A stretch of DNA of 64,000 nt from a virus (IMGVR_UViG_3300033166_000001:1-64000), one strand, 5' to 3'; positions 26,615 through 37,202 are shown, numbered from the stretch's first letter. Program-made: numbers and translations. The notes: generated from the letters alone by a model not told the origin.

Positions 26615-29572
26615 ATGAGTGAATATTTTCCAGAAGTTGCTTGGAGAACTATAGTAGATAATGTAACAGTTACTGCAACTCCTTATTATTATACAGTAGA
26701 TGTTTTTCCTCTAGATTCTAATGAACCTGGAGCAGATCCCTTAGATATAGCTGTAGGGTATTGGCTCATAGATAATGGAGGGTATACATATTTAATAACA
26801 GATATTTCTGGTAGTACTATTACTGTATATGATATTAATGAAAGGTCTTGGGGGGATAGTTACATAGGCCCTCTAGAAGATCTTCCTGGATATGTATATA
26901 AGACTAAAAACGGGGCATTTTTACTTAGTCAGTCACAGTTAAGATTTTTAGATAAATCTGCCCCAGATATACTTTATCCTATAGAAAAAGGAATTATTTG
27001 GAAATATAGAGGTATAGAAATAAATGCTCTTTATGGGGATGGAGAAGCAGTAGAGACTATTGCTGAAGATAGTATTGATAATATTACAAAACTATCTCTT
27101 TCTCCTGAATTTATTTTAAGAACAGAAGAAGATGGTTGGCAAGGAGGTAAAAAATATTCTCTTAGTTTAGATGGATTATTACACAATACCCTTCAAGATA
27201 TACAGGGTACAGGATTAGGAGATGATTATATTCACTTGGATCAGGACCAAGTAGATGCTCTGTGGACTAAGGATGGTTTGAATATTACTAGAGATAGTGC
27301 AGCATCTTTAACAGGCATACTAAGTGTAGATGAGATTAAATCATATACAAGTGATATACCTTTAATTAAAAAGGAAGGAAACAACGTAAGAATTTCTACC
27401 TGCATACTTTCAGATTGTGTAAATGATAGAGTGGGTATATTTACAGAAACACCTTTAGATCATTTACATCTTACAGGGTATGCTAGAATAAGTACCTTAG
27501 CAGAAACAGCTAATTCAAGTTTAGTTACCTCTAATTCTGATGGAAGACTTATAAAACTACCATACGATAATAACGAAAGTAAGTATTTAAGAAGTGATGG
27601 TACTTGGGCGGTAGTATTAACTTCTACTGGAGATTTTCTAGATAGCGTTATTAGAATGGTTGTGGATAGTACTTTTGATCCAGGAACACCTTCTAATGGA
27701 GATAGATATATAATACTTAATGCTGCGAGTATTAATGCTAATTTTGGAACCATAAATGAATTCTCTGATGGCAGTGCTTTAACGTTAGGTAATAATGATA
27801 TAGTACAGTATTATTCTGTGCACAGTGAATTTAGAATAGTATATGATACATCTGCTGCAATGCAACCCGCAACTGTAACTGTAGGAACAGATAAAAATGG
27901 GAACATTAATCATCAATGGACATACAATGTTACAGATGATATATGGGTAGATAGGGGTGCAGCAGTAAGCCATAATTCTTTAGATGGGCTGAATGATGGA
28001 GACTATCAGCATTTAACTGCTGCTCAATACACTAATTTTATTAGTCTTACAGATGGTTCTGATGTATCCAATACTCTACATAATCATAATACCCAGTATG
28101 CTATCAAACAATCTTCCACAACGGATACTACGTCTGGTAGGGGATTAATTGTGGGAGCGTTTGGGCTGGGTGAAACCAATGTATTATTAGATAATTTTAA
28201 TAATAGGGTTTTTTCTGGTTTATATCGTTTCTCAAATACAACTCCTAATAGGCTATTTAATTACGGTACAATTCTTAATATGAGATATAGTTCGGGAAAT
28301 ATATCTCAACTCATATTTCCTGTTACCGCTGCGGGTGATTTGATGTTTAGAAGATACCAAACAACTTGGAGTGATGCTTATACAATTTTCCACACCGGCA
28401 ACCTCGTCAACCCCGTCACGGGCACGGGCACAGCGGGTTATCTCCCAAAGTTTACAGGTACATCAGCGTTAGGTAATAGCGTGATTTATGAAACTGGTGG
28501 CAACGTCCTAATAGGCAAAACCTCAGTAACCTCAGGCTATATGCTGGATGTGAATGGAGCTACTCAAACTACAGGATTAAAAATAGGTACTTTATCAGGA
28601 CTATTAAAAGCTAGTAGTGGAGTAGTTGGTACAGCAGTTTCTGGTACAGATGTTAAAACTATTAATGGAAGTTCTATATTAGGGAGTGGAGATATAACAG
28701 TAGGGGCTACTCCTGGAGGAAATACTACAGAGGTTCAGTTTAATGATGGAGGAGTATTTGCAGGAGATGCCGGATTCACTTTTAACAAAACATTTAAGGC
28801 TTTAACTATTACAGGAGTATATGCTGGTTCAAACCTAGAAACCAATATAGCAAGTTCATCTACTAGAATAGGAATTGATAGTGGAGCAGCAGAAGATAAA
28901 ACAACAGTCAGATATAATGCGTTTATAGGATGGAGTAGTGGTAAAGCAACTACAACAGGTTCGGAAAATACTTTTGTTGGGAGTCTGACAGGATTGAAAA
29001 ATACAACAGGAAGCGAAAATACCTTTATAGGATTTAAAGCAGGAGAAAGTAATATAATTGGAACAGCCAATGTTTTTGTAGGATCCAGTGCGGGGACCTT
29101 TAATACAGAAGGATTGGGAAACGTTGCGGTAGGATGGATAGCAGGCAGGGACTTAACAACTGGAAGATACAATACAGTAATAGGACCAGGAGCAGGTTAC
29201 TCATTAACAACAGGAGAAAGAAATACACTAATAGGACATGGTGCAGGAAATCATTGTGTAACGGCTTCAGGTAATGTTTCTGTAGGAGCGAGTGCAGGAA
29301 ATTGGGAAACTGGTTCTAATAAATTGTATATAGACAACCAAAGTAGGAGCAATGAAGCTGCAGGAAGAACAAATGCTTTAATACACGGAGAGTTTAACTC
29401 AACTGTATCGTCTCAATGGTTAAGAATAAATGGGCAATTACAAATTATTGATGGAATAAGTGCCCCATCTACTGTAACAGGGTATGCTCAAATATATGTA
29501 GATAACGCAGACGGTGATTTAAAAATAAAATTTGGGGATGGAACTGTAAAAACTATTGTAACTGACAGTTAA
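26615..29572 (+). CDS. mosaic tail fibre (receptor-binding) protein
   Basis: 985 aa; knob-like module; C-terminal NTxxG beta-roll repeats; codon-usage shifts. Confidence 0.75.
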   Translation: MSEYFPEVAWRTIVDNVTVTATPYYYTVDVFPLDSNEPGADPLDIAVGYWLIDNGGYTYLITDISGSTITVYDINERSWGDSYIGPLEDLPGYVYKTKNGAFLLSQSQLRFLDKSAPDILYPIEKGIIWKYRGIEINALYGDGEAVETIAEDSIDNITKLSLSPEFILRTEEDGWQGGKKYSLSLDGLLHNTLQDIQGTGLGDDYIHLDQDQVDALWTKDGLNITRDSAASLTGILSVDEIKSYTSDIPLIKKEGNNVRISTCILSDCVNDRVGIFTETPLDHLHLTGYARISTLAETANSSLVTSNSDGRLIKLPYDNNESKYLRSDGTWAVVLTSTGDFLDSVIRMVVDSTFDPGTPSNGDRYIILNAASINANFGTINEFSDGSALTLGNNDIVQYYSVHSEFRIVYDTSAAMQPATVTVGTDKNGNINHQWTYNVTDDIWVDRGAAVSHNSLDGLNDGDYQHLTAAQYTNFISLTDGSDVSNTLHNHNTQYAIKQSSTTDTTSGRGLIVGAFGLGETNVLLDNFNNRVFSGLYRFSNTTPNRLFNYGTILNMRYSSGNISQLIFPVTAAGDLMFRRYQTTWSDAYTIFHTGNLVNPVTGTGTAGYLPKFTGTSALGNSVIYETGGNVLIGKTSVTSGYMLDVNGATQTTGLKIGTLSGLLKASSGVVGTAVSGTDVKTINGSSILGSGDITVGATPGGNTTEVQFNDGGVFAGDAGFTFNKTFKALTITGVYAGSNLETNIASSSTRIGIDSGAAEDKTTVRYNAFIGWSSGKATTTGSENTFVGSLTGLKNTTGSENTFIGFKAGESNIIGTANVFVGSSAGTFNTEGLGNVAVGWIAGRDLTTGRYNTVIGPGAGYSLTTGERNTLIGHGAGNHCVTASGNVSVGASAGNWETGSNKLYIDNQSRSNEAAGRTNALIHGEFNSTVSSQWLRINGQLQIIDGISAPSTVTGYAQIYVDNADGDLKIKFGDGTVKTIVTDS

Positions 29573-29577
29573 ATAAA

Positions 29578-29609
29578 TTTGGATATTAGCTAGATATGTT
29601 TTAAATTTG
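29578..29609 (+). promoter_or_regulatory. Bacteroidota primary-sigma promoter for the lysis/tail block
   Basis: TTTG-20 nt-TAAATTTG. Confidence 0.75.
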
Positions 29610-29631
29610 TAAATTAACTAATAACTATATT

Positions 29632-29853
29632 ATGAAAGAAAAGTTAGAAAAAAGGTTTAAAGAGATTAATGATGAGTATACCAAACAAGCTAAAGAAGTA
29701 CTCAACATTGAGAAAACACTAGAAGCAGCTAAAGCAAGAGTTAATTCACTTGGAGGGCAACTAGCAGAACTTCAGTATCTTTATGAAGAGATGTTTAAAG
29801 AAGTATCTCCAGAAACTGAGGAGAAAAATGTTACTAAACCTAGCAAAAAGTAG
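29632..29853 (+). CDS. coiled-coil protein (fibre chaperone-like)
   Basis: 73-aa heptad-rich ORF. Confidence 0.65.
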   Translation: MKEKLEKRFKEINDEYTKQAKEVLNIEKTLEAAKARVNSLGGQLAELQYLYEEMFKEVSPETEEKNVTKPSKK

Positions 29854-30463
29854 AAGTCTAGTTATTTTAGATGCTGGCCATGGAATAGATACTCCTGGAA
29901 AGAGAAGTCCTGTCTGGAAAGATGGGACTCAACTCTTTGAATGGGAATTTAATAGGTATATTGTAGATAAAATATCTCAGTACTTAACAGCTTCTAGAAT
30001 TGCTAATATTAAGTTAATAACTACGGATAAAGATATTCCTTTACCCGAAAGGGGTAACTTAACTAATACTTTATACCATAAGTATAAAAAAGATTATTTT
30101 GTATATTTATATAGTATACACGGTAATGCCTACAAAGAAGAGAAAGTAAATGGTATAGAAGCTTTTACTACTGTAGGACTTACAGTATGTGATACTATAG
30201 CTGATATTACTCTACAAGAACTAGCTAAGTTAGGTTGGAATATGAGATATAATAGTAAAACTAAACTAAATAAAGATCTAGATTACTGGATGCTGAGAAG
30301 AACAGATTGTCCAAGTGTTATTACAGAGTCTGGGTTTTATACTAATTACGAAGAGTGTAAAAAAATGCTGGATCCTTATTGGAGGAACCAAATAGCTTTA
30401 GCGCATATAAGAGCAGCAGTAAAGGTTGAATTTGATAAAAATATAACATATGAACTGGTTTAA
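29828..30463 (+). CDS. N-acetylmuramoyl-L-alanine amidase (Amidase_3) endolysin
   Basis: ILDAGHG, E47-type FEWEFN, SIHGNA, ITESGF; likely start ATG 29828. Confidence 0.9.
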   Translation: MLLNLAKSRSLVILDAGHGIDTPGKRSPVWKDGTQLFEWEFNRYIVDKISQYLTASRIANIKLITTDKDIPLPERGNLTNTLYHKYKKDYFVYLYSIHGNAYKEEKVNGIEAFTTVGLTVCDTIADITLQELAKLGWNMRYNSKTKLNKDLDYWMLRRTDCPSVITESGFYTNYEECKKMLDPYWRNQIALAHIRAAVKVEFDKNITYELV

Positions 30464-30647
30464 AGAAATATTTGTAGACTCATCTAATATGATGAGTTCT
30501 AAAAGAGTAGGGGGATTCTTCCTAATTCTTTCTGGAGTAATAATGGCTTTCTTTCAAGTTGTAGATAATGGGGTATGTATTTCTACAATAGGTATAGGAG
30601 CAGGATTACTTAGTGGTGATAGTATAACAGAAATTTGGAAAAAGTAA
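30450..30647 (+). CDS. holin (two TM segments)
   Basis: SSKRVGG followed by two hydrophobic helices; directly after the amidase. Confidence 0.7.
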   Translation: MNWFKEIFVDSSNMMSSKRVGGFFLILSGVIMAFFQVVDNGVCISTIGIGAGLLSGDSITEIWKK

Positions 30648-31208
30648 ATGAAGACTATCTTACAAGTAGTAGCAGTACTGGGGTTAATGGTATTAATATT
30701 TCTAGGAACTAGAAAGTTTTTTCCTAGAGTAGAAGTAGATGTGCAAACTACTGTAGAGTATAGAGATACTACCATTTATAAAGACAGCCTTATTCCCAGT
30801 CCTTATCCTGTAAAAGTATATTTACCAGGAGATACTGTATATCTTCCAGCAGATAGTGCGGAGATTACAAGGTTATACCTTGCATTACATGCGGAGTATA
30901 ATACTGTAAGAAAATATGAAGAGACTTCTGGAGATAGTGTGGTAAATGTTAAAGTAGAAGGCAGAGTAACTCAGAATAGGCTAGACAGTTTAAATATTAT
31001 ATGGGACTATAAGAAGTTTGAGAAGACTATTACTATTACAGAAACCATTGTACCTAATAATTGGTATGTATATGGAGAAACAAACTTTAACAGTCTAAGT
31101 CTTGGAATTATTCATAGTAGAAATAAATTTGTGTATAAAGGAACCTACAACCTTAATGATAAGACTATATCTTTAGGAGTAGGGTATAAAATAGATAAGT
31201 TATGGTAA
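30648..31208 (+). CDS. spanin-like protein
   Basis: N-terminal TM, DT-repeat stalk, C-terminal amphipathic beta-strands; follows the holin. Confidence 0.55.
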   Translation: MKTILQVVAVLGLMVLIFLGTRKFFPRVEVDVQTTVEYRDTTIYKDSLIPSPYPVKVYLPGDTVYLPADSAEITRLYLALHAEYNTVRKYEETSGDSVVNVKVEGRVTQNRLDSLNIIWDYKKFEKTITITETIVPNNWYVYGETNFNSLSLGIIHSRNKFVYKGTYNLNDKTISLGVGYKIDKLW

Positions 31209-31939
31209 GAAGTTTAAATATGCTAGTGTGGGAGCTTCTAGAATTATATAGAGCTTCACATAAAGTAACAGATTCATATGAGGAAAGGCTTTTTTATGCT
31301 TGGGTACAGGCTACCAGAGCAAAGCTAATTAAACAGCGTTTAGATGCCCATATGAGGATACCAGATGAGCACTGGGTACAAGACTTAGGATACATAGAGT
31401 TAGAGCCTGTAGATAGCTCTGCGTACCCTACAATAGCCTCTGGTAAGTATATATTGAGAACTGTAAAAGATATACCTTGGACTATACATTCTAAAGGAGA
31501 GCCTGGAGGATTTACTAGAATAGCTCCCGCAGATAATCTAGAAGAAAATTTTAGATTGGTTTCTTATGAAACAGCTCTTACTAGTGGTAATGGAAAGTTT
31601 AATAAATCTCAAATATATGCTGCTCTAGATGGACAAAAACTTTGTCTATTCAGTAAGGATAGACTACATAAGCAGTTAAAATATATTAGGGTAAAGGGTA
31701 TATTTGAAAACCCTATAGAGGCATACGAGTTCAAAAATGGTATTGAATATGACTGGGATTTAGAATTCCCTATAAGTGACAGTTTAGTAAATGATATGAA
31801 AAATATTATTGTGCAAGAAAACTTTAGACTTATTATGGTTCCTATGGATGATAAAGAATCTAATAGTATTGATAATGTAGCTAATCCAGCACCAGAAGCA
31901 GGCGTACAAAGTGTGCAAAATCCAATGAATAGGAGGTAG
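31202..31939 (+). CDS. tail ring/hub protein of crAss-like phages
   Basis: WVQATRAKLIKQ, VKGIFENP, FPISDSLV motifs. Confidence 0.65.
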   Translation: MVRSLNMLVWELLELYRASHKVTDSYEERLFYAWVQATRAKLIKQRLDAHMRIPDEHWVQDLGYIELEPVDSSAYPTIASGKYILRTVKDIPWTIHSKGEPGGFTRIAPADNLEENFRLVSYETALTSGNGKFNKSQIYAALDGQKLCLFSKDRLHKQLKYIRVKGIFENPIEAYEFKNGIEYDWDLEFPISDSLVNDMKNIIVQENFRLIMVPMDDKESNSIDNVANPAPEAGVQSVQNPMNRR

Positions 31940-31943
31940 TGGT

Positions 31944-32468
31944 ATGTATTTTAAAAGAGGCAAGAGAGCATTATTAGCAGATACTTCTAGTAGAGATATG
32001 TATAATTTCTACAAAGAAAAGTGTAAATTGGATCCTTTAGGGTATGGTAAATTTATTTCTATCTGGAAAAGATTTATAGAACTTAGACTTCAAATGGTAG
32101 TATTTGAAAATGTAGAATTTCATATGCCCTATAGATTAGGGTCTATAAGAATAAAGATAGGAGGAGATTCTGTAAGATTAAAGAAGGATGGAACACTGAA
32201 ACTTATTCCAGATTGGGGAGCCTCTAAAAAGCTATGGAAAGAACAATATCCTGGACTTACTCCTGAAGAAATAAAAGCTATACCTAATAAGGAAAAGGTA
32301 TACTTCCTTAATGAACATACAGACGGTAAAGTTCTTCACTGGCATTGGGATAAACAAACTTCTAATTTTAAAAATAAGGGAGTTTATAGAATACATATGA
32401 ATAGGAAGTGGAAGAAAATGCTAACTAGTAAAATAAAAACAACTAAAAAAATTGAGTATTATGAATGA
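31944..32468 (+). CDS. IHF-like protein of the crAss-like tail block
   Basis: FHMPYRLGSIRIK, DWGASKKLW, FLNEHTDG. Confidence 0.65.
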   Translation: MYFKRGKRALLADTSSRDMYNFYKEKCKLDPLGYGKFISIWKRFIELRLQMVVFENVEFHMPYRLGSIRIKIGGDSVRLKKDGTLKLIPDWGASKKLWKEQYPGLTPEEIKAIPNKEKVYFLNEHTDGKVLHWHWDKQTSNFKNKGVYRIHMNRKWKKMLTSKIKTTKKIEYYE

Positions 32469-32709
32469 TTATAAACGCTGGTCAAAAGAGGTAAGTACTC
32501 CAGAAAGTACTAAATCTGTAATGGTAGAAGAAATAGATAATGGATTTATTGTAACTTTCTGTGAGTATAAAAACTCAGACTCTGAAAAGTATGAGGAGCC
32601 TAAAAGAAAGAAGTTTTACTCTAAAGAAAATCCTTTAGCTGATATGGAGCCTGAAGTTACAGAAGATAGCATAAAAGACTTTTTTAATCCCCCAATCTTT
32701 CAAGACTAA
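32461..32709 (+). CDS. small acidic conserved protein
   Basis: likely start ATG 32461; VEEIDNGFIVT. Confidence 0.65.
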   Translation: MNDYKRWSKEVSTPESTKSVMVEEIDNGFIVTFCEYKNSDSEKYEEPKRKKFYSKENPLADMEPEVTEDSIKDFFNPPIFQD

Positions 32710-33521
32710 TGTTCTATAAAAATTATACGCACATAGATGAAATCATAGAGAAGGTTAAGGACAGATTTAAGTTTGAAGATGTTCCTAAAGATTCTGCTAT
32801 GGAAAATGCCTGGTTAGCCCTCAATAATTTGGGGGTTTCAGACATTTTAGAAGATGCTAATTGTGAGGTAGTAATAGAAAACTACAGAGGTATAATGCCT
32901 AGTAACTTGATTAGTTTGAAGGCCATGAGAGAGAAAGAAAGCCAAATACCTCTAATACCTTCTAAAGATATATTCATAGAAGGTAATCTAACTAATCCAA
33001 GTACATCTAAAACATATGTTGCTGGGTATACTGTAACAGGATTTAGTCCAGAAGTACCAAATTCAGAAGCTGACTTAGAAGTTAATTATGCTTATATAGA
33101 AAACTATCCTAAAAGTTCTGGGTTAAATCCAGGAGATTCTATAGGATTTCAGATAAAAGATGGGATACTCTGGTGTGAGGTACCTAATTGTACTATAGAA
33201 ATGGCCTACAAGGCTTTTCCCATATGGGATGATAATACTCCTAAAATACCAGATGATTCTAAAGTAATAGATTTTTTAGTAGATTTTGTTGCATATAGAG
33301 TGGCTATAGGTCTATATATGACTGATAGACTTAGTAGAGATAAATTTGAATTTGTAAGGACAGAATCATATTGGTCTCAGGGAGCAGCTAGAAATAAACT
33401 TTTAATGCCAGATAAATCTATGATGGAATTTATGAGAAGAATGCAGACAAGGCTAATACCTAAACCAGAACAATTTAATACAGGGTTTAAATATCTAGGA
33501 GAAAGAGAAAGACTAAAATAA
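32709..33521 (+). CDS. tail tubular/ring protein
   Basis: 270 aa just upstream of the tail stabilisation gene; IENYRGIMP, PKIPDD. Confidence 0.7.
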   Translation: MFYKNYTHIDEIIEKVKDRFKFEDVPKDSAMENAWLALNNLGVSDILEDANCEVVIENYRGIMPSNLISLKAMREKESQIPLIPSKDIFIEGNLTNPSTSKTYVAGYTVTGFSPEVPNSEADLEVNYAYIENYPKSSGLNPGDSIGFQIKDGILWCEVPNCTIEMAYKAFPIWDDNTPKIPDDSKVIDFLVDFVAYRVAIGLYMTDRLSRDKFEFVRTESYWSQGAARNKLLMPDKSMMEFMRRMQTRLIPKPEQFNTGFKYLGERERLK

Positions 33522-33531
33522 TTAAAAGGCT

Positions 33532-36500
33532 ATGGCTAAACATATAAATACCTTCCAAGGAGGATTAGATTTAGATACTAATGTAAATTCATATGATAAT
33601 ACTCATTATCCATATGCATTAAATATGAGGTTAATATCAGATACTGCAGGAGAATCTGGTACTCTTACTAATATGGAAGATTCTAAAGTAGTAGTCAATG
33701 TGGAGAATTTTTTTACCGTAGTAGGGTTAGGAAGTTTAAGAGAAAATACTATTATATTTACTAGAAATAGTAATAATGGAATGGGTAGAATATTTTCTAT
33801 CTCCAACACTTCTTTGCTAGGAGGTAACACAGTTACTTTAAATTATTCATCTTCAGTTATAAGCAAACTTTTTAACTTTGGAACAGATATCCAGGTTATC
33901 GGTAGGTATGAAACTCCCTCAGTACAAAAAATATATTGGGCAGATAGTAATACAGATAACTCTATTAGATTTGCTAATTTGGCAGATTCTGATATTAATT
34001 CTAAGAACGTAAGAGAATTCAACATTGTACAGGAAGTAGAATTAGCTTCTCCATCGCTAAATGCTATTATTAACGGTACTTTAAAAACAGGTGTGTATCA
34101 GTACAGCTATTGCTTATTTAATAATAACGGGGCAGAAACAGGGTACTCTTCTGCTACTGTACCTATTCCTATTTCTTCTTCCTCTTTAACTGATGCAAAC
34201 TCTGGTAACTTTATGGGGTCAGATTTAGGGGAAACTACTAGTAAAGGCATTAGTATTATAATCAATAATGTAGATACTAATTTTAGTAAAATCAGAGTAG
34301 CCAGATTATTTTATAGCACTCAAGAAGGTATTCCAGAAGTAGAAATTATATATGAAGGAGATGCAACCTCTTCTGTAACTGTTAATGACAGTGGAGGAGT
34401 TACTCTTGGAAGTCTTATACTAGAGGATGTTAGATATATACCAAATATATTTTCCGCTAAAACTTTAGAGGTAAAAAATGATTTCTTATTTGCAGGTAAT
34501 ATTGTAGAAGATACTTTTGATATAGATTTTGATGCTAGAGCTTATAGGTTTAGAAATGATGGAGGAGATATAAAAGCCTCTATATGGAATAAGATTACTC
34601 CAGACTATGATTGGTGGAATGGTGAATATATAAATGTAAACAGTACTACGTGGGATGTACCAGAAAATTATAATTGTATTAATCCATATAATATTTTAGA
34701 TTCTTTTGACATAGCAGCCCTTAATTTTAAATATAAATCAAATGGAACAACTTTAGGAGGAGAGGGTAAATATATTGAATATGAATTTGGAGTAGTCAGC
34801 ACCAGACCTATAGATGATGCACCTAGTTCAGCTACTCCGCTGAAAACATTTACCACAGGATATGATGATTTATCTAATCCTATAACTATACAAGACCAAT
34901 TAGGATACCAAAGAGGAGAAATATATAGATTTGGTATAGTATTCTACGATAAATATGGAAGACAATCCTATGTAAAATGGATTGGGGATATAAGAATGAT
35001 AGATGATTCTGATGGAAAGTACTATGGTATAGTAAATGGTAGTGGAGAGATTAATGACTTACCTATTAGATTTAAATTAAAAGCTCTAGCAGTTAGCTAT
35101 CTAAAAACTCAAGGTATAGTAGGTTGGCAAATAGTAAGGGCTGAAAGAACTTACGCAGATGCCACAGTAAAAGATTGCGGGTATTTAAGTGGATTAGAAA
35201 ATACAACTACAGGTGATAAGGTAAAGTTTAGAAACAGAATACAGGTTGCAGCTGCATCAGCTACTAAGGCCCAAAATATATTTGAATATATTTCTCCAGA
35301 AACAGTATATAATAAAAACAATAATGTTAGTTACGATAGAGTAGACCTAAAGAGAGCCGTGCCAGGGGGCGGGGGGTCGCTGATTACAAAAGTATCTTCA
35401 CATGCAAATGGTACAGCTTCCCCAGTTATTCATAGGGTAACTCCTAATTTTGATGATTCTACTATATATAAGATACGTACTTCTAAATGTATGGAATTTA
35501 AAGCCGCTAAAAAGCAGGAGAATACTAATTTAGGAGTATTAGGTACTACTAGACAGCTTACTAACTCTTTAAATCCATTTCCTATTTCCTCTGTGGATAA
35601 TAGATGTGTGCATGGTACTTGCCTACTTTTAAGATTGGATAGTGTACCTGAAAATAATAATTCAGGTTATTATGTCAGAAGAAGGTCTTATGGATTACCT
35701 TATGGAGGGTACAGCTATGATGCTATTAAAAGTACTGTGTATTATCCTTGTTCTCCTGTATTTGCTGTAGATAGTAATATAAGAACTATATGGGGAGGAG
35801 ATTGCTATATTGGTATATTTGAATATATGAGAGGTTTATGTAGTACAGACTCTTCTATAGTGGGAACTTCTGCTCCATCTACTAAATTATGTAATCAAGT
35901 ATTATATGTACCGGTAGAAACAAAAATAAACCTAATGTATACTGTTAACCCTAGATGGTCTAGATTAGATTCAGGAGTACAAGCCTCTCTGGGAAACAGA
36001 GAAGCCTTTACAGGGTCTTATACTTATAACGCTATGTGGGAAACTTCGGGAGTACATGAAGCTGGTACCCCTGCCGGGGGCACCACTGAATACTATGAAC
36101 AAGATTATGACTTATATGTATCTAATCCTGTATATAATATAATGGATAAATCCAAAGTATTCTTCATTAAACCTTCAGATTTAGATGAAAACAATAGTGT
36201 GGATACTAGAATATATAGAACAGGTAAAAAATTTAATGGTGAGGTATCTGATACTTGGACAAAGTTTCCTATTAATAATCAATTAGATGTAGATACTAAA
36301 TATGGAGGTATTACTAAACTTGTAAACTTTAAAGATAAACTATTCTATTTCCAACCTAAAGGCATAGGAGTTATAGCTGTACAAGAAAGAGAAGTTGTAA
36401 GTGGGCAGAGCGGTGCTTCTACAGTATTAGGTGTAGGAGGAGTTATGGATAGGTATGACTATATTACTACAGACAGTGGATGTAATAGTATTAATGGAAT

Positions 36501-37155
36501 AGCCAGTTCTACAGCAGGACTTTATTACGCAGATGAGTATAATAAAAAAATATGCAGATTAGGGCAGAATGTAGAATTTTTATCAGATATAAAAGGTATA
36601 AGAAGCTGGGCAGATGGGAAAGATTTTACAACTTCTTCTGTATTATATAATCAAAACTTCAATGAACTTTGGTTTTATATAGAAGATGAAACTGTTATAT
36701 TTAATGAGTATGTAAATGGGTTCGTGACCTTTACATATGAAGCTTTCAATAAATACTCTAAAATAGGGAATAAAACATTTATAATTACTCCGACTAATAC
36801 AGGTAAAAGGTTAGATGAGGAAAATACTAGAAAGAATTGTACTCTGCGTATGTATAGTAATCCTAATAATTTAATAGTAAATAGATTTGATAGTCTTACA
36901 TTTGGGCTTACATCTACAGGCGTATTTGATACCATTAAGTTTTCTAATAGGTATCAATATTCTGATACTTTAAATTTTAGTGCTAATACTAGGTTAAGAT
37001 CTAGAAACTATATAATAAATAATTTAAGGGATTATACAGGTAAAAGACTCTATGACAATCATCTTAAAACAGAATTAACATTTAATACCTCTAGTAACGA
37101 GACTATTAAAGTGTTTGACATAATCACTAATTATACACCTATAAATACTAGATAA
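33532..37155 (+). CDS. tail stabilisation/muzzle protein (P22 gp10-like)
   Basis: 1207 aa; INTFQGGLDLD..YPYALNMRL start; GYQRGEIYRFGIVFYD; YGGITKL. Confidence 0.8.
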   Translation: MAKHINTFQGGLDLDTNVNSYDNTHYPYALNMRLISDTAGESGTLTNMEDSKVVVNVENFFTVVGLGSLRENTIIFTRNSNNGMGRIFSISNTSLLGGNTVTLNYSSSVISKLFNFGTDIQVIGRYETPSVQKIYWADSNTDNSIRFANLADSDINSKNVREFNIVQEVELASPSLNAIINGTLKTGVYQYSYCLFNNNGAETGYSSATVPIPISSSSLTDANSGNFMGSDLGETTSKGISIIINNVDTNFSKIRVARLFYSTQEGIPEVEIIYEGDATSSVTVNDSGGVTLGSLILEDVRYIPNIFSAKTLEVKNDFLFAGNIVEDTFDIDFDARAYRFRNDGGDIKASIWNKITPDYDWWNGEYINVNSTTWDVPENYNCINPYNILDSFDIAALNFKYKSNGTTLGGEGKYIEYEFGVVSTRPIDDAPSSATPLKTFTTGYDDLSNPITIQDQLGYQRGEIYRFGIVFYDKYGRQSYVKWIGDIRMIDDSDGKYYGIVNGSGEINDLPIRFKLKALAVSYLKTQGIVGWQIVRAERTYADATVKDCGYLSGLENTTTGDKVKFRNRIQVAAASATKAQNIFEYISPETVYNKNNNVSYDRVDLKRAVPGGGGSLITKVSSHANGTASPVIHRVTPNFDDSTIYKIRTSKCMEFKAAKKQENTNLGVLGTTRQLTNSLNPFPISSVDNRCVHGTCLLLRLDSVPENNNSGYYVRRRSYGLPYGGYSYDAIKSTVYYPCSPVFAVDSNIRTIWGGDCYIGIFEYMRGLCSTDSSIVGTSAPSTKLCNQVLYVPVETKINLMYTVNPRWSRLDSGVQASLGNREAFTGSYTYNAMWETSGVHEAGTPAGGTTEYYEQDYDLYVSNPVYNIMDKSKVFFIKPSDLDENNSVDTRIYRTGKKFNGEVSDTWTKFPINNQLDVDTKYGGITKLVNFKDKLFYFQPKGIGVIAVQEREVVSGQSGASTVLGVGGVMDRYDYITTDSGCNSINGIASSTAGLYYADEYNKKICRLGQNVEFLSDIKGIRSWADGKDFTTSSVLYNQNFNELWFYIEDETVIFNEYVNGFVTFTYEAFNKYSKIGNKTFIITPTNTGKRLDEENTRKNCTLRMYSNPNNLIVNRFDSLTFGLTSTGVFDTIKFSNRYQYSDTLNFSANTRLRSRNYIINNLRDYTGKRLYDNHLKTELTFNTSSNETIKVFDIITNYTPINTR

Positions 37156-37170
37156 ATAATTAGTAAAAAA

Positions 37171-37202
37171 TTTGGAAGTTACAATATAATAGTTTAAATT
37201 TG
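37171..37202 (+). promoter_or_regulatory. Bacteroidota primary-sigma promoter for the cargo operon
   Basis: TTTG-20 nt-TAAATTTG upstream of ATG 37219. Confidence 0.75.

Noticed and set aside
35356-35382. G5-C-G6 GC-rich patch in the muzzle gene as a phase-variation tract
   Set aside because: It encodes a Gly loop; similar G-rich Gly codon runs occur in terL (11949, ~12380); slippage would truncate an essential gene
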